A stretch of 63,652 nt of DNA, filler included, from Nemertoderma westbladi (Eukaryota > Animalia > Xenacoelomorpha), in the NCBI GenBank assembly GCA_032718475.1. It is 4 parts of 4 records of this genome, joined end to end, with 100 filler letters (N's around TTAATTAATTAA, not from the genome) between each part and the next. Parts side by side here need not be neighbours in the genome. Positions count along the whole stretch, not along the records: positions 1 to 19,014 come from JAUCBJ010003690.1; positions 19,115 to 34,950 come from JAUCBJ010000006.1; 2 more parts are not named here. The stretch is one strand, 5' to 3'. Positions 12,801 to 25,507 of this stretch are shown piece after piece; the first letter of the stretch is position 1; every line of letters begins with the position of its first letter. The notes beneath the pieces are model-generated. The model ran no database searches. It was not told where the DNA came from and saw only the letters and a program-made list of their open reading frames with translations. Both the position numbers and the translations under genes were made by a program.

Positions 12801-14150
12801 AGTTACTTACTGGTTGCGTTACAGCTACTCACTTTTGCGTTACAGCTACTCACTGTTGCGTTACAGCTACTCACTGTTGCGTTACAGCTACTCACTGTTG
12901 CGTTACAGCTACTCACTGTTGCGTTACAGCTACTCACTGTTGTGTTACAGCTACTCACTGTTGCGTTACATCTACTAACTGTTGCGTTACAGTTACTTAC
13001 TGGTTGCGTACAGCTACTCACTGTTGCGTTACAGCTACTCACTGTTGCGTTACAGCTACTCACTGTTGCGTTACAGCTACTCACTGTTGCGTTACAGCTA
13101 CTCACTGTTGTGTTACAGCTACTCACTGTTGCGTTACAGCTACTCACTGTTGCGTTACAGCTACTCACTGTTGCGTTACATCTACTCACTGTTGCGTTAC
13201 AGCTACTCACTGTTGCGTTACAGCTACTCACTGTTGCGTTACAGCTACTCACTGTTGCGTTAAATCTACTCACTGTTGCGTTACAGCTACTCACTGTTGC
13301 GTTACAGCTACTCACTGTTGCGTTACAGCTACTCACTGTTGCGTTACAGCTACTCACTGTTGTGTTACAGCTACTCACTGTTGCGTTACATCTACTCACT
13401 GTTGCGTTACAGTTACTTACTGGTTGCGTACAGCTACTCACTGTTGCGTTACAGCTACTCACTGTTGCGTTACAGCTACTCACTGTTGCGTTACAGCTAC
13501 TCACTGTTGCGTTACAGCTACTCACTGCTGCGTTACAGTTACTTACTGGTTGCGTTACAGCTACTCACTGTTGCGTTACAGCTACTCACTGCTGCGTTAC
13601 AGTTACTTACTGGTTGCGTTACAGCTACTCACTGTTGCGTTACAGTTACTCACTGTTGCGTTACAGCTACTCACTGTTGCGTTACATCCACTCACTGTTG
13701 CGTTACATCTACTCACTGCTGCGTTACAGTTACTTACTGGTTGCGTACAGCTACTCACTGTTGCGTTACGGCTAGTCACTGTTGCGTTACATCTACTCAC
13801 TGTTGCGTTACAGCTACTCACTGTTGCGTTACAGCTACTCACTGTTGCGTTACAGCTACTCACTGTTGCGTTACAGCTACTCACTGTTGCGTTACAGCTA
13901 CTCACTGCTGCGTTACATCTACTCACTGTTGCGTTACATCTACTCACTGCTGCGTTACAGTTACTTACTGGTTGCGTTACAGCTACTCACTGTTGCGTTA
14001 CGGCTAGTCACTGTTGCGTTACATCTACTCACTGCTGCGTTCCAGCTACTCACTGTTGCGTTACGGCTAGTCACTGTTGCGTTACATCTACTCACTGCTG
14101 CGTTCCAGCTACTCACTGTTGCGTTACGGCTAGTCATTCTCATTGCTCAT
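9877..14150. repeat. 21-bp minisatellite array, consensus GTTGCGTTACAGCTACTCACT, about 200 units
   Basis: Directly visible tandem repeat with variant units. Occasional 20/22-bp units shift the reading frame. Confidence 0.98.
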
Positions 14151-15935
14151 TACGGCTCTTCCTTTGTGTTGTTTTACTTAAGATAATTTTATAGATTGCA
14201 AGAGGCATATGAAAAATGTATTTATAAGCTCCACACAATTTTCAATGCCCAAGTAATAAAACTCCGTCCCTTGGTAGATAGGCCAATAATGCTTCAAAAT
14301 ATTACCCCGCCTTACATTGCAGTTGTAATAACTTTGCAGGATCTAAGTAAAACAACACAATGTAGTAGCCTTAACGCGCCAATGAGTACTGTGTTGCTAG
14401 GCAACCAACAGGTCCCTCGCAACCAAAACCTTGCATACACAACTAGGACCGATATTGGACCTATCATCAAAGTTTCATCCAATTCCATCAACATTAAGTG
14501 CAAGAAGTTGTGTGTACAAACAAACACACAAACAAACTAACGCGTGTGAGAAATAAAGATCCATCCAACAGTAGCCGAATTGTGACAATACCAGTATTTC
14601 TCTATATAATATAAATTAGTAATCAATGAGAAATTAAAATAATTAGGAAAGTAATTAATTGCTTTTAATGGAAACTAATCAATGAAACATTTTCATTGTA
14701 GGAATACTTTCTACCCATTTTGCTGTTGTAATTTATTCACAATAATTATTTTTAGATTCTTGAATGATTTTACTAAACTGAATTAATACAATTATGTAAA
14801 TTTTGCGTTAATACTGTAGTTTAGACAATAATTGTATTAGTTACTTCATTCCGTGCATTCAGTATACCACAATGATAATCGTTGCATAATAATGTTTACT
14901 ACCGTTACTTAAAAATATGTATGTAGGTCTATACGAAATAACTACACTATTTTATTATACATGAAATATTATATCCTAGAAATTAATGTCATATTGTGTT
15001 AATTACTGTTTGTAATTATAATAAATAAATATTTTAATTGTGTTTATTATTTAATTCGACGTGTTTGTAAAACTGTGCGTTTTCAGGGAATCATATTTGT
15101 TATACAGTATTATTACATACAATAGGTTTATATACATAGGCGGCTTGTAATACTAATAATAATAAAAATAATAATACCGTAAATATTTAATAAGTAATTT
15201 ATATTGTGACAAAAATGTAAAGAAATTACTAATCAATCCTGGACTAATAATTATTTTGTAATATTTTACATTTTCTTAGATATTTTAATATTTTTATCCT
15301 CTAATATTTCCATATTTTCCGGTTTTACACTTTGCAATGCTATGACAACCTCAGGTAGGTTCCATTTCAATTTCAAATATCAAATTTTCAGCTTTAATAA
15401 TTAATTAATATACAGTATATAGAAATGTTTTAATATTTTAATCAGTAAGTTTCTTTGTAATTGAAATAATAATGATTTATTACATTGGAAAATATAAATT
15501 AGATATTTTGCACAATTATTCTAGAGGTATTATTTAACGCGTCACAGCAACGTTTATCAAGAAAGGGTCAGGATAAAAAAGGAAAAAATATTCTACCTTT
15601 CCCATCTAATAAGTAATTTTATTTTCTCACGAACTAAACTTTAGTTGGACCAACTATCAGAGAGTAACGGGTTTGGGCGTGACGCGGATACTAGGCCTAT
15701 AGTGATAATTGTATTTGAATTAATTACCTGCACTGCGGTATGATGTTTTGCAGTTATGATAAAATCAAAAGATACTGTAATTCAAAATCAATGTCGCTAA
15801 GTTGATAAGTTGAGAGAAGAGAGAATTGTAGGAAGTTACAGAGATACAACCCAAAGTTTCGGGAATAAATATTGGAATATAAATAAATATTAATTGTTTA
15901 ATACAATGTGATTAATTGCATTGAAAATAGCGCTG

Positions 15936-16011
15936 AATAGGTAACTAATAGGTAACTAATAGGTAATTAATAGGTAACTAATAGGTAATTAATAGGTAAC
16001 TAATAGGTAAC
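15936..16011. repeat. 11-bp tandem repeat AATAGGTAA(C/T)T, about 7 copies
   Basis: Directly visible. Confidence 0.9.
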
Positions 16012-18085
16012 GTTAGTAAATAAATACATAAATTGTGTGTCAAAAAATATGCCCGCATGTAAAATTAGTAAAATAAGTTTTGTTTACTTTAGTTAATATT
16101 TTTTGGAGTATTCAGCTGTTTATTTGTGTCGATTTTCCCCTGATGAGTTGCGCTTTTTGATTGCATCGAAATATATAATATATATATAAATATAATTTAC
16201 TATATTATAGTAAATTATAGATATAAACTAAGTGAACTTGTGGTGTGTCAGTATGAAAATATATTATCTAGTTAAAGTGTGTAGGTCTTCACTTCACCTC
16301 TAGGCCTACAGTTATAGGCCTACATCTACCGGTACAGTTTTAAATAGTCCACGTAATATATCCAATAAATCCTACCAGTATTGTAGTTTATAGAGCACAA
16401 GGGGAAGTGAAAAGGCAATTTATTGGTAAAAAAATTACGTATTGAAAATTCAATTACTCCACCACCCCCCTTTTTTTGGCCCGTTGATGTATAATGAACC
16501 TCGTCGCATGCTAACTCCCACACATCCTCGGCTCGGCAATTATAAATCTTGGGGTCAGCGACGTAAAATAACCCATTGTTTCTCAAGCACTTACAGTACT
16601 AAATAGCTATTTGAGGGTGTACCTGTACACTAGCGCTGCTAGTGATAATGTGAAAAACATTGAAAATGTTTCATATGAGGCTTAAATCGCGTAAATCTCA
16701 TTGTTTTTTCTGTATTGGTTACTTCTTGCCTGAATGTTAGTGAGTTGCTGGTTGGAACTATTTCGAGGATATATGGGGGATTGCCTTGGGTTGTGTGGTT
16801 TCCGCTTCCTATAGAAAATCGTGAGACAAAGAAACTCTCCAAGCAAATTACATAATAATTAGCTAGGTACTTCGCAGACTTCGTGTTATCGACGTTGCAC
16901 TCAGTTCCAACTCAACGAAAACGAAGAGAAACCTCATTAACCCAAAGAAATTATAAAGTATAATATGACTTATAATAGATTTATTTATACATTATGTAAA
17001 AACAATAACAAATACACCAAACAATGTACCGGTATAAAGGTATTGTCCAACATAACATATAGGATTACCCCTAAAGCTTTGCAGCTTATTTCCAAGGGGG
17101 TCCTTTATGTTACTTGGTTACAAATACAATATTACACTACGCTAACCTAAAACCAATATAAAACGTAATTACACTATGTACATGTACAACTTTACCGAGA
17201 GCGTGACAATGCCCGACTCAACGATAAAGATGTAATGTACAGAACAATTTATTATAAAACGTAATTACAGTATAAATAGTAAATAATTAATAAACTAATA
17301 ACTTACTGTAGGACTATTGTACCTATTTTTACATTGCACACGGAGATGAGATTTAACTGCAGACACTTGGTGGGTATAACTTATCTACTGTCCACGAATG
17401 AAGCAGGATGAATAATTTTAGAAAAGTAATAGAATAATAATTTGCTTATATTTTCTTCTATCATAATCTATTAATTGGTTTTCATAACATTGTTTTAGCA
17501 CATCTTTTATGCACCAAAAAATATACTGATGTGTTTACTGGATGCAAACGAAATAAGAATCATTTTCTAGTAGCCAGTAGTAGGCCTATAAACAAATTCG
17601 GAGTTCGCTTACATTTCCCCAATTCTCGTTCACAGTGTTTTCAAAATCCCTAAACATGTGAAAAGTAGTATTCAATGTGAATAGTGACAACTACGCAATA
17701 ATACATTTAGTAGTTGACACATACAGTTGACATTTGGTATTAGATAATAGGGTTGGTGCGCCTATTTTTAATTAATTTATCAAAAACTATTCTATCCCAT
17801 ATTAGTTAAATATTTACAGAATTCTATTTCATTTGATACAGAATTGTATTTAATTGAAACAAATTGAAATTACAGCACCGGTACCAAAAGTTTGAAATAT
17901 ATAATCCAAATACAGTACCATTCGGGGTACGTATATTATAAAGCTCCGCAAAAGTAGATTACTTATAAAATTAATTCCTTAGCTATTCTATTTACCATCC
18001 TTTATTAAATTTATATTTACCATTCTATATCAATTTACATCTCTAACATCTCATTAGGAAAGACTGATAAATGTCCTCCGTTCTC

Positions 18086-18926
18086 ATGTTCTACGCATGT
18101 CCTTAGATCATCGTAATGATGATGGGGTGATGATAACTCCACCTACTGGCTCCAGAAGTCGAGGAAATCCTGCCAAGTACCTAACTGATCTAGACTTTGC
18201 TTATGACTTAGGAGTACTCTCAGAATCACTAGAGGGAGCCCAACGGCTCCTCAGCTCATTAGAACATGCTGCTTCTAGTGTTGGTCTTTTTATTAACTCC
18301 AAAAAGACCAAAATTTTGACAGTTTACTTTAAAAACTCCTCAGCAAGTCGTCATGTGGACGACTTCTGTTACCTGGGATCATGGATCCGGAAGTCAGATG
18401 AGGACCTTCGAATACGTAAGGGAAAGGCATGGGCAGCCTTGAATATGCTTTCCAGGATTTGGAAGTCACCGAGAATTAATCGGAAACTTAAGGTCCGATT
18501 ATTTAGAGCAGCAGTAGTTCCAGTACTCCTCTATGGGACTCCATGCTGGGCTCTAACTGCTGAAGACACCAAATCTCTGGATGACACATTCACAAGAATG
18601 CTACTAGAATGTCTCATTGGTTCCCCCAAGCTTGACACTAGAACAGAATCGCTTCCGCTTTGCAGGACATTGCTTTCGCCGTGAGGACCAGCCAGTGCAT
18701 AATCTTGTACTTTGGCAGCCTCATGGAGTGAATAAGCATGGTAGACAGCCCATAACTTTCTTGAGACGCATCTTAAAGGACACTGGCCGTGAAGATGCGG
18801 ATGATCTAGCAAATGTCATGGGTGATAGGGAGTTGTGGCGGCGCAATTTTGTCGACAAGCCGGCACAGCATTCTTTAAAAATGCAGCTGCAATGCAAGGC
18901 AGCATGCCGATTCTAGTAGTACTAGT
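18086..18926 (+). mobile_element. 5'-truncated RTE-clade LINE copy (RT C-terminal half), degraded
   Basis: DLDFAYDL (YADD region mutated), FCYLGS, LLYG and RFAGH..R motifs. 3' (TAG)n-like tail. Nearly identical to 52355-53418 but with internal deletions and a frameshift. Confidence 0.92.
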
Positions 18927-19014
18927 CCTCTTTGTTCAGTTGAGTGTAAAACATTAAGTGTATTATGTAGATCAAAATGATTTAGATTGTCGTATGGAGG
19001 AACACTGTCTGTAA

Positions 19015-19114
19015 NNNNNNNNNNNNNNNNNNNNNNNNNNNNNNNNNNNNNNNNNNNNTTAATTAATTAANNNNNNNNNNNNNNNNNNNNNNNNNNNNNN
19101 NNNNNNNNNNNNNN
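19015..19114. other. Artificial contig spacer (44N-TTAATTAATTAA-44N)
   Basis: The 12-mer has stop codons in all six frames and the identical block occurs three times. Confidence 0.97.
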
Positions 19115-19680
19115 TGACAGCCGTGGTGGAGTTGGCAATCAATATAATATCTGATGTAGTTGGTGGCCACGTTGTCAGCATATACAGTATACAGTGGTTG
19201 GTTGGTTGCGTGAATAGGAAATAACTATGGAAATGTTCGTATACGTGTAGCTGGAAACGTGGCGGAATTTCAACACGTATCCTACTGCAGGACTGGTAGG
19301 TTGCTCGGTTGAATGGATTGGCGACAGCCGTGGTGAGTTGGCGATCGATTCGATATAATAGGGTAGTGTGGGGCTAGCCACACGATGAGAGGTTTGGGTA
19401 CGCGAAGATGAATATGCTATGGTTGGTTGATGCAACGACGCGAACCAATACTGACGGGAGGTAACAGCTGTAGGAGTAAGGCAGGCATCGCGAGGTTAGG
19501 CTACGCGTAGGTGATACGCAGCGATTGGTTGAAGGCAACGACGCGAATCAATACTGTTGGTGACAGATGGTCATTAAACACCTCGATTTAGCACCGGAAT
19601 TTGGCATTTTTTAATTGCCTCCGAGATGTGGCCCGTAGCCCAGGCTAGGGAGGAGTTAGCCGAGAACTATGCTTCTCCTA

Positions 19681-22413
19681 CTACTGTCCTTGTCTGAGGC
19701 AATTATAGCATAACCGCTTATCCCACATGACTTCACGTCTGTCTACCAGGGATTTCTTTAGGAATTCAGCACACACACTCAAACGGTGGGGCCCGTCGCA
19801 CAGCGCACATTTTGGTTTGATGTTACTCACTTTACCTTGGGTAACGTTATGCACTCTCGTTCTTTCTTCGGGCTTTCTTCCGTGAATTCTCTTAGGAGAC
19901 GTAGGAGGAGTTGTTGTTACCTGTTCTCTCCTCTCACTGGTTCGAGACTTATATTTACTTACGTCTTTATAGGTCTTGTTGTCATAGTAAGATTTTGCTG
20001 TGTCTTTCCCGGGTATTATCCTTCTCCTAGAAACGGGTTTCTCACTTACCTTATTTTCCGATGTTTTCTCTCTGGACTGCTTTATGAGTTGTAATTTTAC
20101 TTCGCTATCTAAGAAGGACATGAGATCAGCCATGGTAGGACTTCGTCGTTGCTGCTCATTCATATACAACACTTTCTTGTCCCAGCGTGTACATACTCCA
20201 CCCTTTGGTAAAGTAGAGACTACGGCTCCAATAACCATGGAACTCTGATATTCATGAGACTTACCTAACCAGTCCAATTGTCTACATATCTCCTGAATCT
20301 CATCAGAAAACTCTATAATCCCGCTACTAAGGAAGTTTCGGGGGGCTACTAATTTTGCATACAAATACTTAGCTATGTTATCCTTGTTACCGTACCTGAT
20401 GTTTAATGTATCCCAAACTTGTCTTAATCCTTCTGGATGTCCAATAAACTTTAACGCCATTAACTTGGGAGGTCCTTCCAAACACTTGATGAGGAATCTA
20501 AGTTTCTCTCCGTTAGATAGTACAGAGTTCTGTATGCTGTCTTTGTAATATTCATTGAAAGGTAACCATTTCATCTCATCTCCATTGAATTTGACGATCT
20601 CTCCCACTTTGACCGCTTGGCGGGCTTCTGTTCTAGCCATCTGATGCGTAAAGCTTTCTTGGGCCATTGTGTTATTTAATATCGAATTATCGGTATATAA
20701 ATTTCTCGGATCATTATCAGGTCTATAGGGAATATCATTAACAACAGGTTTATAATCACCCTTAATAGGGTTTGCTATAGGAGTTTCTACTTCACTAGCA
20801 GTATAGATGCGTGTAGGCTCCACACCTTGCGCATGTAATACTTCAGACCTAACAGGTTGACACAATGTTACAGGGGGTATTGGTATACCCTTTTTTATAT
20901 TGACTAATTTGTCGCGTTCTAGCGCAATACTTTGCTGCACTTCTTGCAATTCGGCCCTACCTTCCCTTACTGTTCCCTTAAGTTGGTGGACAGTCTCCTG
21001 CATCTGTCCGAGCAGGAGATTCATCCCCCGCCGTCCCTCCTCTACCCACTCGACCGCCGAAGCGGGAGTCGCCAACATTGTAGCGGGCTGACGCGGGACG
21101 ACGGGAGACAAATCTTTGATTTCTCTCTCAGCTTCCAGGACAGGGATATTCTCATGGACTGTTCTACCGGGTATAGGCAGTGTAGTACTGTGTAAAGGGA
21201 ATTTAGAGTTAAGCTCTGGAAGTACAGGGGTCTCTAGCACAGGAGTGACTTTGGGAACGACAGGCCTAATTATTTCAGGCTCATCAACTATAGTAGGGAG
21301 TTTTTTGACCTTAATAATTTGGTCTGTAGGTTCTATACTACTTAAGTCTGTGCTAGCTAGTTGTCTTCTAACAGCTGGGGGCAAATCAGGCAATTTGTGA
21401 CGGTGAGATGTTTTTCTACGCCTGCTTAGACGAGATCTATTTCCTCCGCCTTCAGGATCGGTGGTTTCGCTTTCCTCCGATGATGTGTATCCCTGGCGTT
21501 TGGGAGTAGATCTTCTCATCATCTGCATGTGACTAGCAGTTAACTGTTTATTTATGTTGTCTTGCGTCTCTTGCAGATTTTCCAACTCTAGTTGGGTAGT
21601 CTCCTCAGACGCTCTCAGTTCTGCTTCTGCCACCGCTGCCTTTCTTTCTGCTTCTGCTTCTGCCGCTGCCTTTGCTGCTTCTGCTTCTGCCGCCATTACT
21701 GCTGCTGCCTTTCGGTCCTCTATCCGTTTTTTCTTTACTTGTTCTTCTTGGACTCTAGCGAGGCGGAGTTTTTCATCAAATTTAGCTTGGTTTGCAGCCA
21801 ACATTTCCGCATCGATTGCGTCCAACACAAGCTTGGTTCCTTCACTATTAGGGCGAAGTCCAGACAGTCGTCTCCTCAACTCTTCGTCTCCTATGAATCG
21901 CTGATAGTCTGACAGATAGATGTCAATGGCGTCTCTAGTTCGCGGCTTCTCTGCTGCTGTTAATTCGCTTTCCACTTCGCTTTCCACCTCGCTTTCCACT
22001 TGAGAAGAAGTGGCATTGGTTGATTCTTCAAAGGTTGGCCACTCATCATAAACCGTATCCGCCATCTTCGCTCCGCGTTCGGGTGTCCGCTCAGCAGTAT
22101 CCGAACTACTGGAGCTATCGGGCCTCTGAGAACTAGGTTCTTGGCTAGGATGCTGCTGCTGTTTGACAGCTGCTTCTTGATCCCGCTTGACTTGGGCCCG
22201 AGTGCCGATGATAGACCTACGTTGTTCTACTAGCCTAGGGTCTGACACTACTACTGTAGGGATGGCCTTTTTTACAATAGTAGGTGACTTAGACTTGGAT
22301 CTAGGATGTTCTATACTTGGATCTGGATCACTGATCTTTTTAAGGCACTGTCTGACAGTCATTCTAACACTTTCTAAGAGACTATCCGACAGTGATTGGG
22401 TTGTGTCTGACAT
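19681..22413 (-). CDS. BEL/Pao LTR-retrotransposon Gag (910 aa), truncated within the zinc knuckles
   Basis: DUF1759-like block (KFNGDEMKWLPF...LSNGEKLRFLIKCLEG...L..RYGN) and the BEL-type knuckle CALCDGPHRLSVCAEF...LCYNCL. Confidence 0.9.
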   Translation of the reverse strand: MSDTTQSLSDSLLESVRMTVRQCLKKISDPDPSIEHPRSKSKSPTIVKKAIPTVVVSDPRLVEQRRSIIGTRAQVKRDQEAAVKQQQHPSQEPSSQRPDSSSSSDTAERTPERGAKMADTVYDEWPTFEESTNATSSQVESEVESEVESELTAAEKPRTRDAIDIYLSDYQRFIGDEELRRRLSGLRPNSEGTKLVLDAIDAEMLAANQAKFDEKLRLARVQEEQVKKKRIEDRKAAAVMAAEAEAAKAAAEAEAERKAAVAEAELRASEETTQLELENLQETQDNINKQLTASHMQMMRRSTPKRQGYTSSEESETTDPEGGGNRSRLSRRRKTSHRHKLPDLPPAVRRQLASTDLSSIEPTDQIIKVKKLPTIVDEPEIIRPVVPKVTPVLETPVLPELNSKFPLHSTTLPIPGRTVHENIPVLEAEREIKDLSPVVPRQPATMLATPASAVEWVEEGRRGMNLLLGQMQETVHQLKGTVREGRAELQEVQQSIALERDKLVNIKKGIPIPPVTLCQPVRSEVLHAQGVEPTRIYTASEVETPIANPIKGDYKPVVNDIPYRPDNDPRNLYTDNSILNNTMAQESFTHQMARTEARQAVKVGEIVKFNGDEMKWLPFNEYYKDSIQNSVLSNGEKLRFLIKCLEGPPKLMALKFIGHPEGLRQVWDTLNIRYGNKDNIAKYLYAKLVAPRNFLSSGIIEFSDEIQEICRQLDWLGKSHEYQSSMVIGAVVSTLPKGGVCTRWDKKVLYMNEQQRRSPTMADLMSFLDSEVKLQLIKQSREKTSENKVSEKPVSRRRIIPGKDTAKSYYDNKTYKDVSKYKSRTSERREQVTTTPPTSPKRIHGRKPEERTRVHNVTQGKVSNIKPKCALCDGPHRLSVCAEFLKKSLVDRREVMWDKRLCYNCLRQGQ

Positions 22414-23778
22414 GTTTGTTTACACAGTTGAATGCCTACAGCTATAAATACAGTTAAAGTAAGTCTAGTAATTCAGTATCACTGTTAGCCTAATAATTAA
22501 TTACCGATACTGCTACTCAGTGTAGCGTGATATATATAATATATTAGAATACCGGTATGCTTATAGTATATATATAAGTATTATTACAGACTAGATTTAT
22601 CACAGAGTACCGGTATATAAATTTAGCACAAATATATATAAATATATAATAGGCCTATCGTGAATACCGGTATACAGCTGACACTTATAGTATATATAAG
22701 TATAATTATTACAGACTAGAATTCATTACAGAATACCGGTATGATTTCAGCCTAAATTTATAGAATAAATATAATAAGCCTATTGTAAATACCGGTATGT
22801 CAATTATTTTAAATAATTGAATTTCTGAATGTTAGGGGTTACCTGGTTACTTTACTTACTCTATTACCGTTATTCAAGCAGTAGTCCAACTGATATTAAG
22901 ACCTAAGGATTGTATGACAGGCCTACTATTTTATTAATAGATTTAGTGGATTTATATGTACCCGTATGAGGGGTTTTGTTACAATATTGAAATAGATGTT
23001 ATTATTTCTGGGAAGTAATCACTACACAAAAGCTGCGCTCTCAGTGAAGTGCTACTTATTAGACACTAAAACAAATAATTCTACTTCCTAAGTTACTTAT
23101 CTACGAATTACTTACAATACGGGTGAGATTAATTCTCTAACTAAACACAACAAAAATATTACGTACGAAATTTTAGGGTAATTTTACAGGGAACTACAAA
23201 CCAGTCTAACAGAGTGTTAGATTTTCTGGTTATTACAATGGACAGGATACTACGGTATTTGAAAATAATAAGTAGCAGTAAATACACTGTGTTGTCCAGA
23301 TAGGAAAATACCACCGTCTGACGACCTATAGCCGTATCGCTATAGGTACTACGTTATGTATCACGGAGTGTTCCTACCTAGAAGTTAATTACCGCGGTCT
23401 ACCAGAACCAACGTGCCTATTAACCACTTTACAACACAAATATACTGCCTACACACTAATTACCTTCGGAAAGCACTGTACACTAAACCCTAAATTAGGT
23501 ACAAGTACTGGTACAACAAATAATCAGTAGTTAAAAATACTTGAACAGCTAAAAGAACCACGGCATCTGCTGGAGTGACCAGAGCACAAAGTCACCAGTC
23601 TTTACCTACGCCAAGCAGCCCGTGTAGTACCGGGGTTAATTTAACTATAACGGTATATATAACAAGCACAATTACTGTAGGAATAAACTTGGGGACATGA
23701 ATGTTGCGAATAATCGCATAAACTCTGAATAATAAATATTACGCTACCCGTACAGAATACTCAAACAAAATACAAACC

Positions 23779-24300
23779 AAACGCTGGCAGACTACCATTA
23801 AGCCCAAATAAACTACAGTATGTGCAGATTCCAAAATGGTTAGTTAGTATGCGTTCTAACACGGTAGTACGACTTATTCTTTAAGAGGGGATTGACCTTA
23901 CAGCCCTGGCTGCCCCAACTTACTAACTGGCACTTTATCAGACAAACTCTACACATGCAGCAATCTCTTCAGACCTAATAATAGCTAGACAACAATCCAG
24001 CCTACAAAATATCTGAGTAATAACTATTACGGTACCTGAACAGACCACACAAACAAACACAGACTAAAACGCTGGCAGACTACTATCAAGCCTAAATAAA
24101 CTACAGTATGTGCAGATTCCAAAATGGTTAGTTAGTATGCGTTCTAACACGGTAGTACGACTTATTCTTTAAGAGGGGATTGACCTTACAGCTCTGGCTG
24201 CCCCAACTTACTAACTGGCACTTTATTGGACAAACTCCACACACGCCGCAATCTCTCCAGACTCAACAACAGTCAGACAACAGTCCAGCCTACAATTATC
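23779..24300. repeat. Direct duplication of about 230-290 bp (offset 288 bp) upstream of the BEL gag
   Basis: ACGCTGGCAGACTAC...GCCTACAA block starts at 23781 and again at 24069. Confidence 0.9.
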
Positions 24301-24476
24301 TGAACAATCTGAGCAGGGTTGCACGCCTTCTGCTCAATATTAACTTACACGTAAATAAAACTGACAGAAATAAGTAAACTATACAAAAGAATGAGGGGTG
24401 ATCAATCCCTATTCCCCTGGCAGCCTACAGTATACAATAGATCACAATCGAAATAATACTAATGTACTTGCCCTGG

Positions 24477-24717
24477 AAGTACCGGTTAGGCAGTTGGGCC
24501 TACAGACCTACAGCAGTACCGGTTCAGGCAGTTAGGCCTACGGACCTACAGCAGTACCGATTCTGGCAGTTGGGCCTACGGACCTACAGCAGTACCGATT
24601 CTGGCAGTTGGGCCTATGGACCTACAGCAGTACCGGTTCAAGCAGTTGGGCCTACGGACCTACAGCAGTACCGATTCTGGCAGTTGGGCCTACGGACCTA
24701 CAGCAGTACCTGTTCAG
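24477..24717. repeat. 38-bp tandem repeat, about 6 copies
   Basis: Unit GCAGTTGGGCCTACGGACCTACAGCAGTACCGATTCTG. Confidence 0.92.
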
Positions 24718-24780
24718 GTTTACCGGTCGACCGGTACTTTCAACTTTATTGCTTACTGCAATAAAGGCAATAACTGTTAT

Positions 24781-25507
24781 TGTACGCGCTTTTGAAGACC
24801 TTTAGCAGTTTAACCTGCCAAAATTTATATGTCTTTTGGTTTATAAATAGACTTTAGAAAATGACAAATATTTAATACCAATAAACACAACATTAGCCGA
24901 AGCCAGCCTAGTGCGCGTCCATTCACCCGCTGGATATACCCGGGAGACTGGATTCGGAGGGCTTAGATTGTTATTGCAGTGTAAGCTTACTGTATTATTC
25001 GATTGATCGTTAATAAGTAATTTCTGACGAGTATTATTCACTTTCGGGAAATATTAACAGTTCCTTTAGGACGTGGCGCTCTATCTAGGTAAACAGAGAT
25101 ATGACTTATACTAAACACAACTGTAAGACTGTAAGGCTTATGATTCACGTATGAGGCGCATTCTTTAGGAAATGCTTAGTTATCAGCCACAATCATGCAC
25201 ACTACCGGTAACGCACAATACTGCTCACTAATTTGCCGACCGTCAATGAATTTTATCATATATAAAGAGAACAGAAACTGACTCATGTAGTGCTTATCAA
25301 ATAGCATTAAATTCACTACAAACCACAACAATATAAGTCGCAATCGCTATATGTAACCCGTCTCTCTAACCTGTAGTGTATCAAGAAAATTGGGAAATTT
25401 GGGTTCTTTATAGATGTTCTCCAAATAATATTCAACCAAAACACAACAGTATATAGCATTAAGACGGTAGGTTAAGATGGTAACTCTGTTTGACTGGACC
25501 GATAACA
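24781..25507 (-). mobile_element. Solo LTR, 727 bp, with 5-bp TSD
   Basis: Ends TGT...ACA, with GTTAT duplicated at 24776-24780 and 25508-25512. A second copy of one end lies at 35051-35258 and stops at the same ...GCGCG(T/A)ACA boundary. Strand is tentative. Confidence 0.85.

Noticed and set aside
9877-14194. Long ORFs in the 21-bp array (LLTVALQ, TATHCCV, YSYSLLR, SSCNATV repeats) as a structural or antifreeze-like protein
   Set aside because: The unit is a multiple of 3 and stop-free in several frames by chance. Frequent 20/22-bp units switch frames, so no frame is preserved.
23315-23350. CTGACGA plus a perfect hairpin as a hammerhead (also CTGATGA near 59800)
   Set aside because: The first lacks GAAA after stem II; the second lacks stems I and II.
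24781-25507. This LTR as the 5' LTR of the BEL gag element
   Set aside because: It is flanked by its own 5-bp TSD and has no adjacent PBS, so it is an independent solo LTR.
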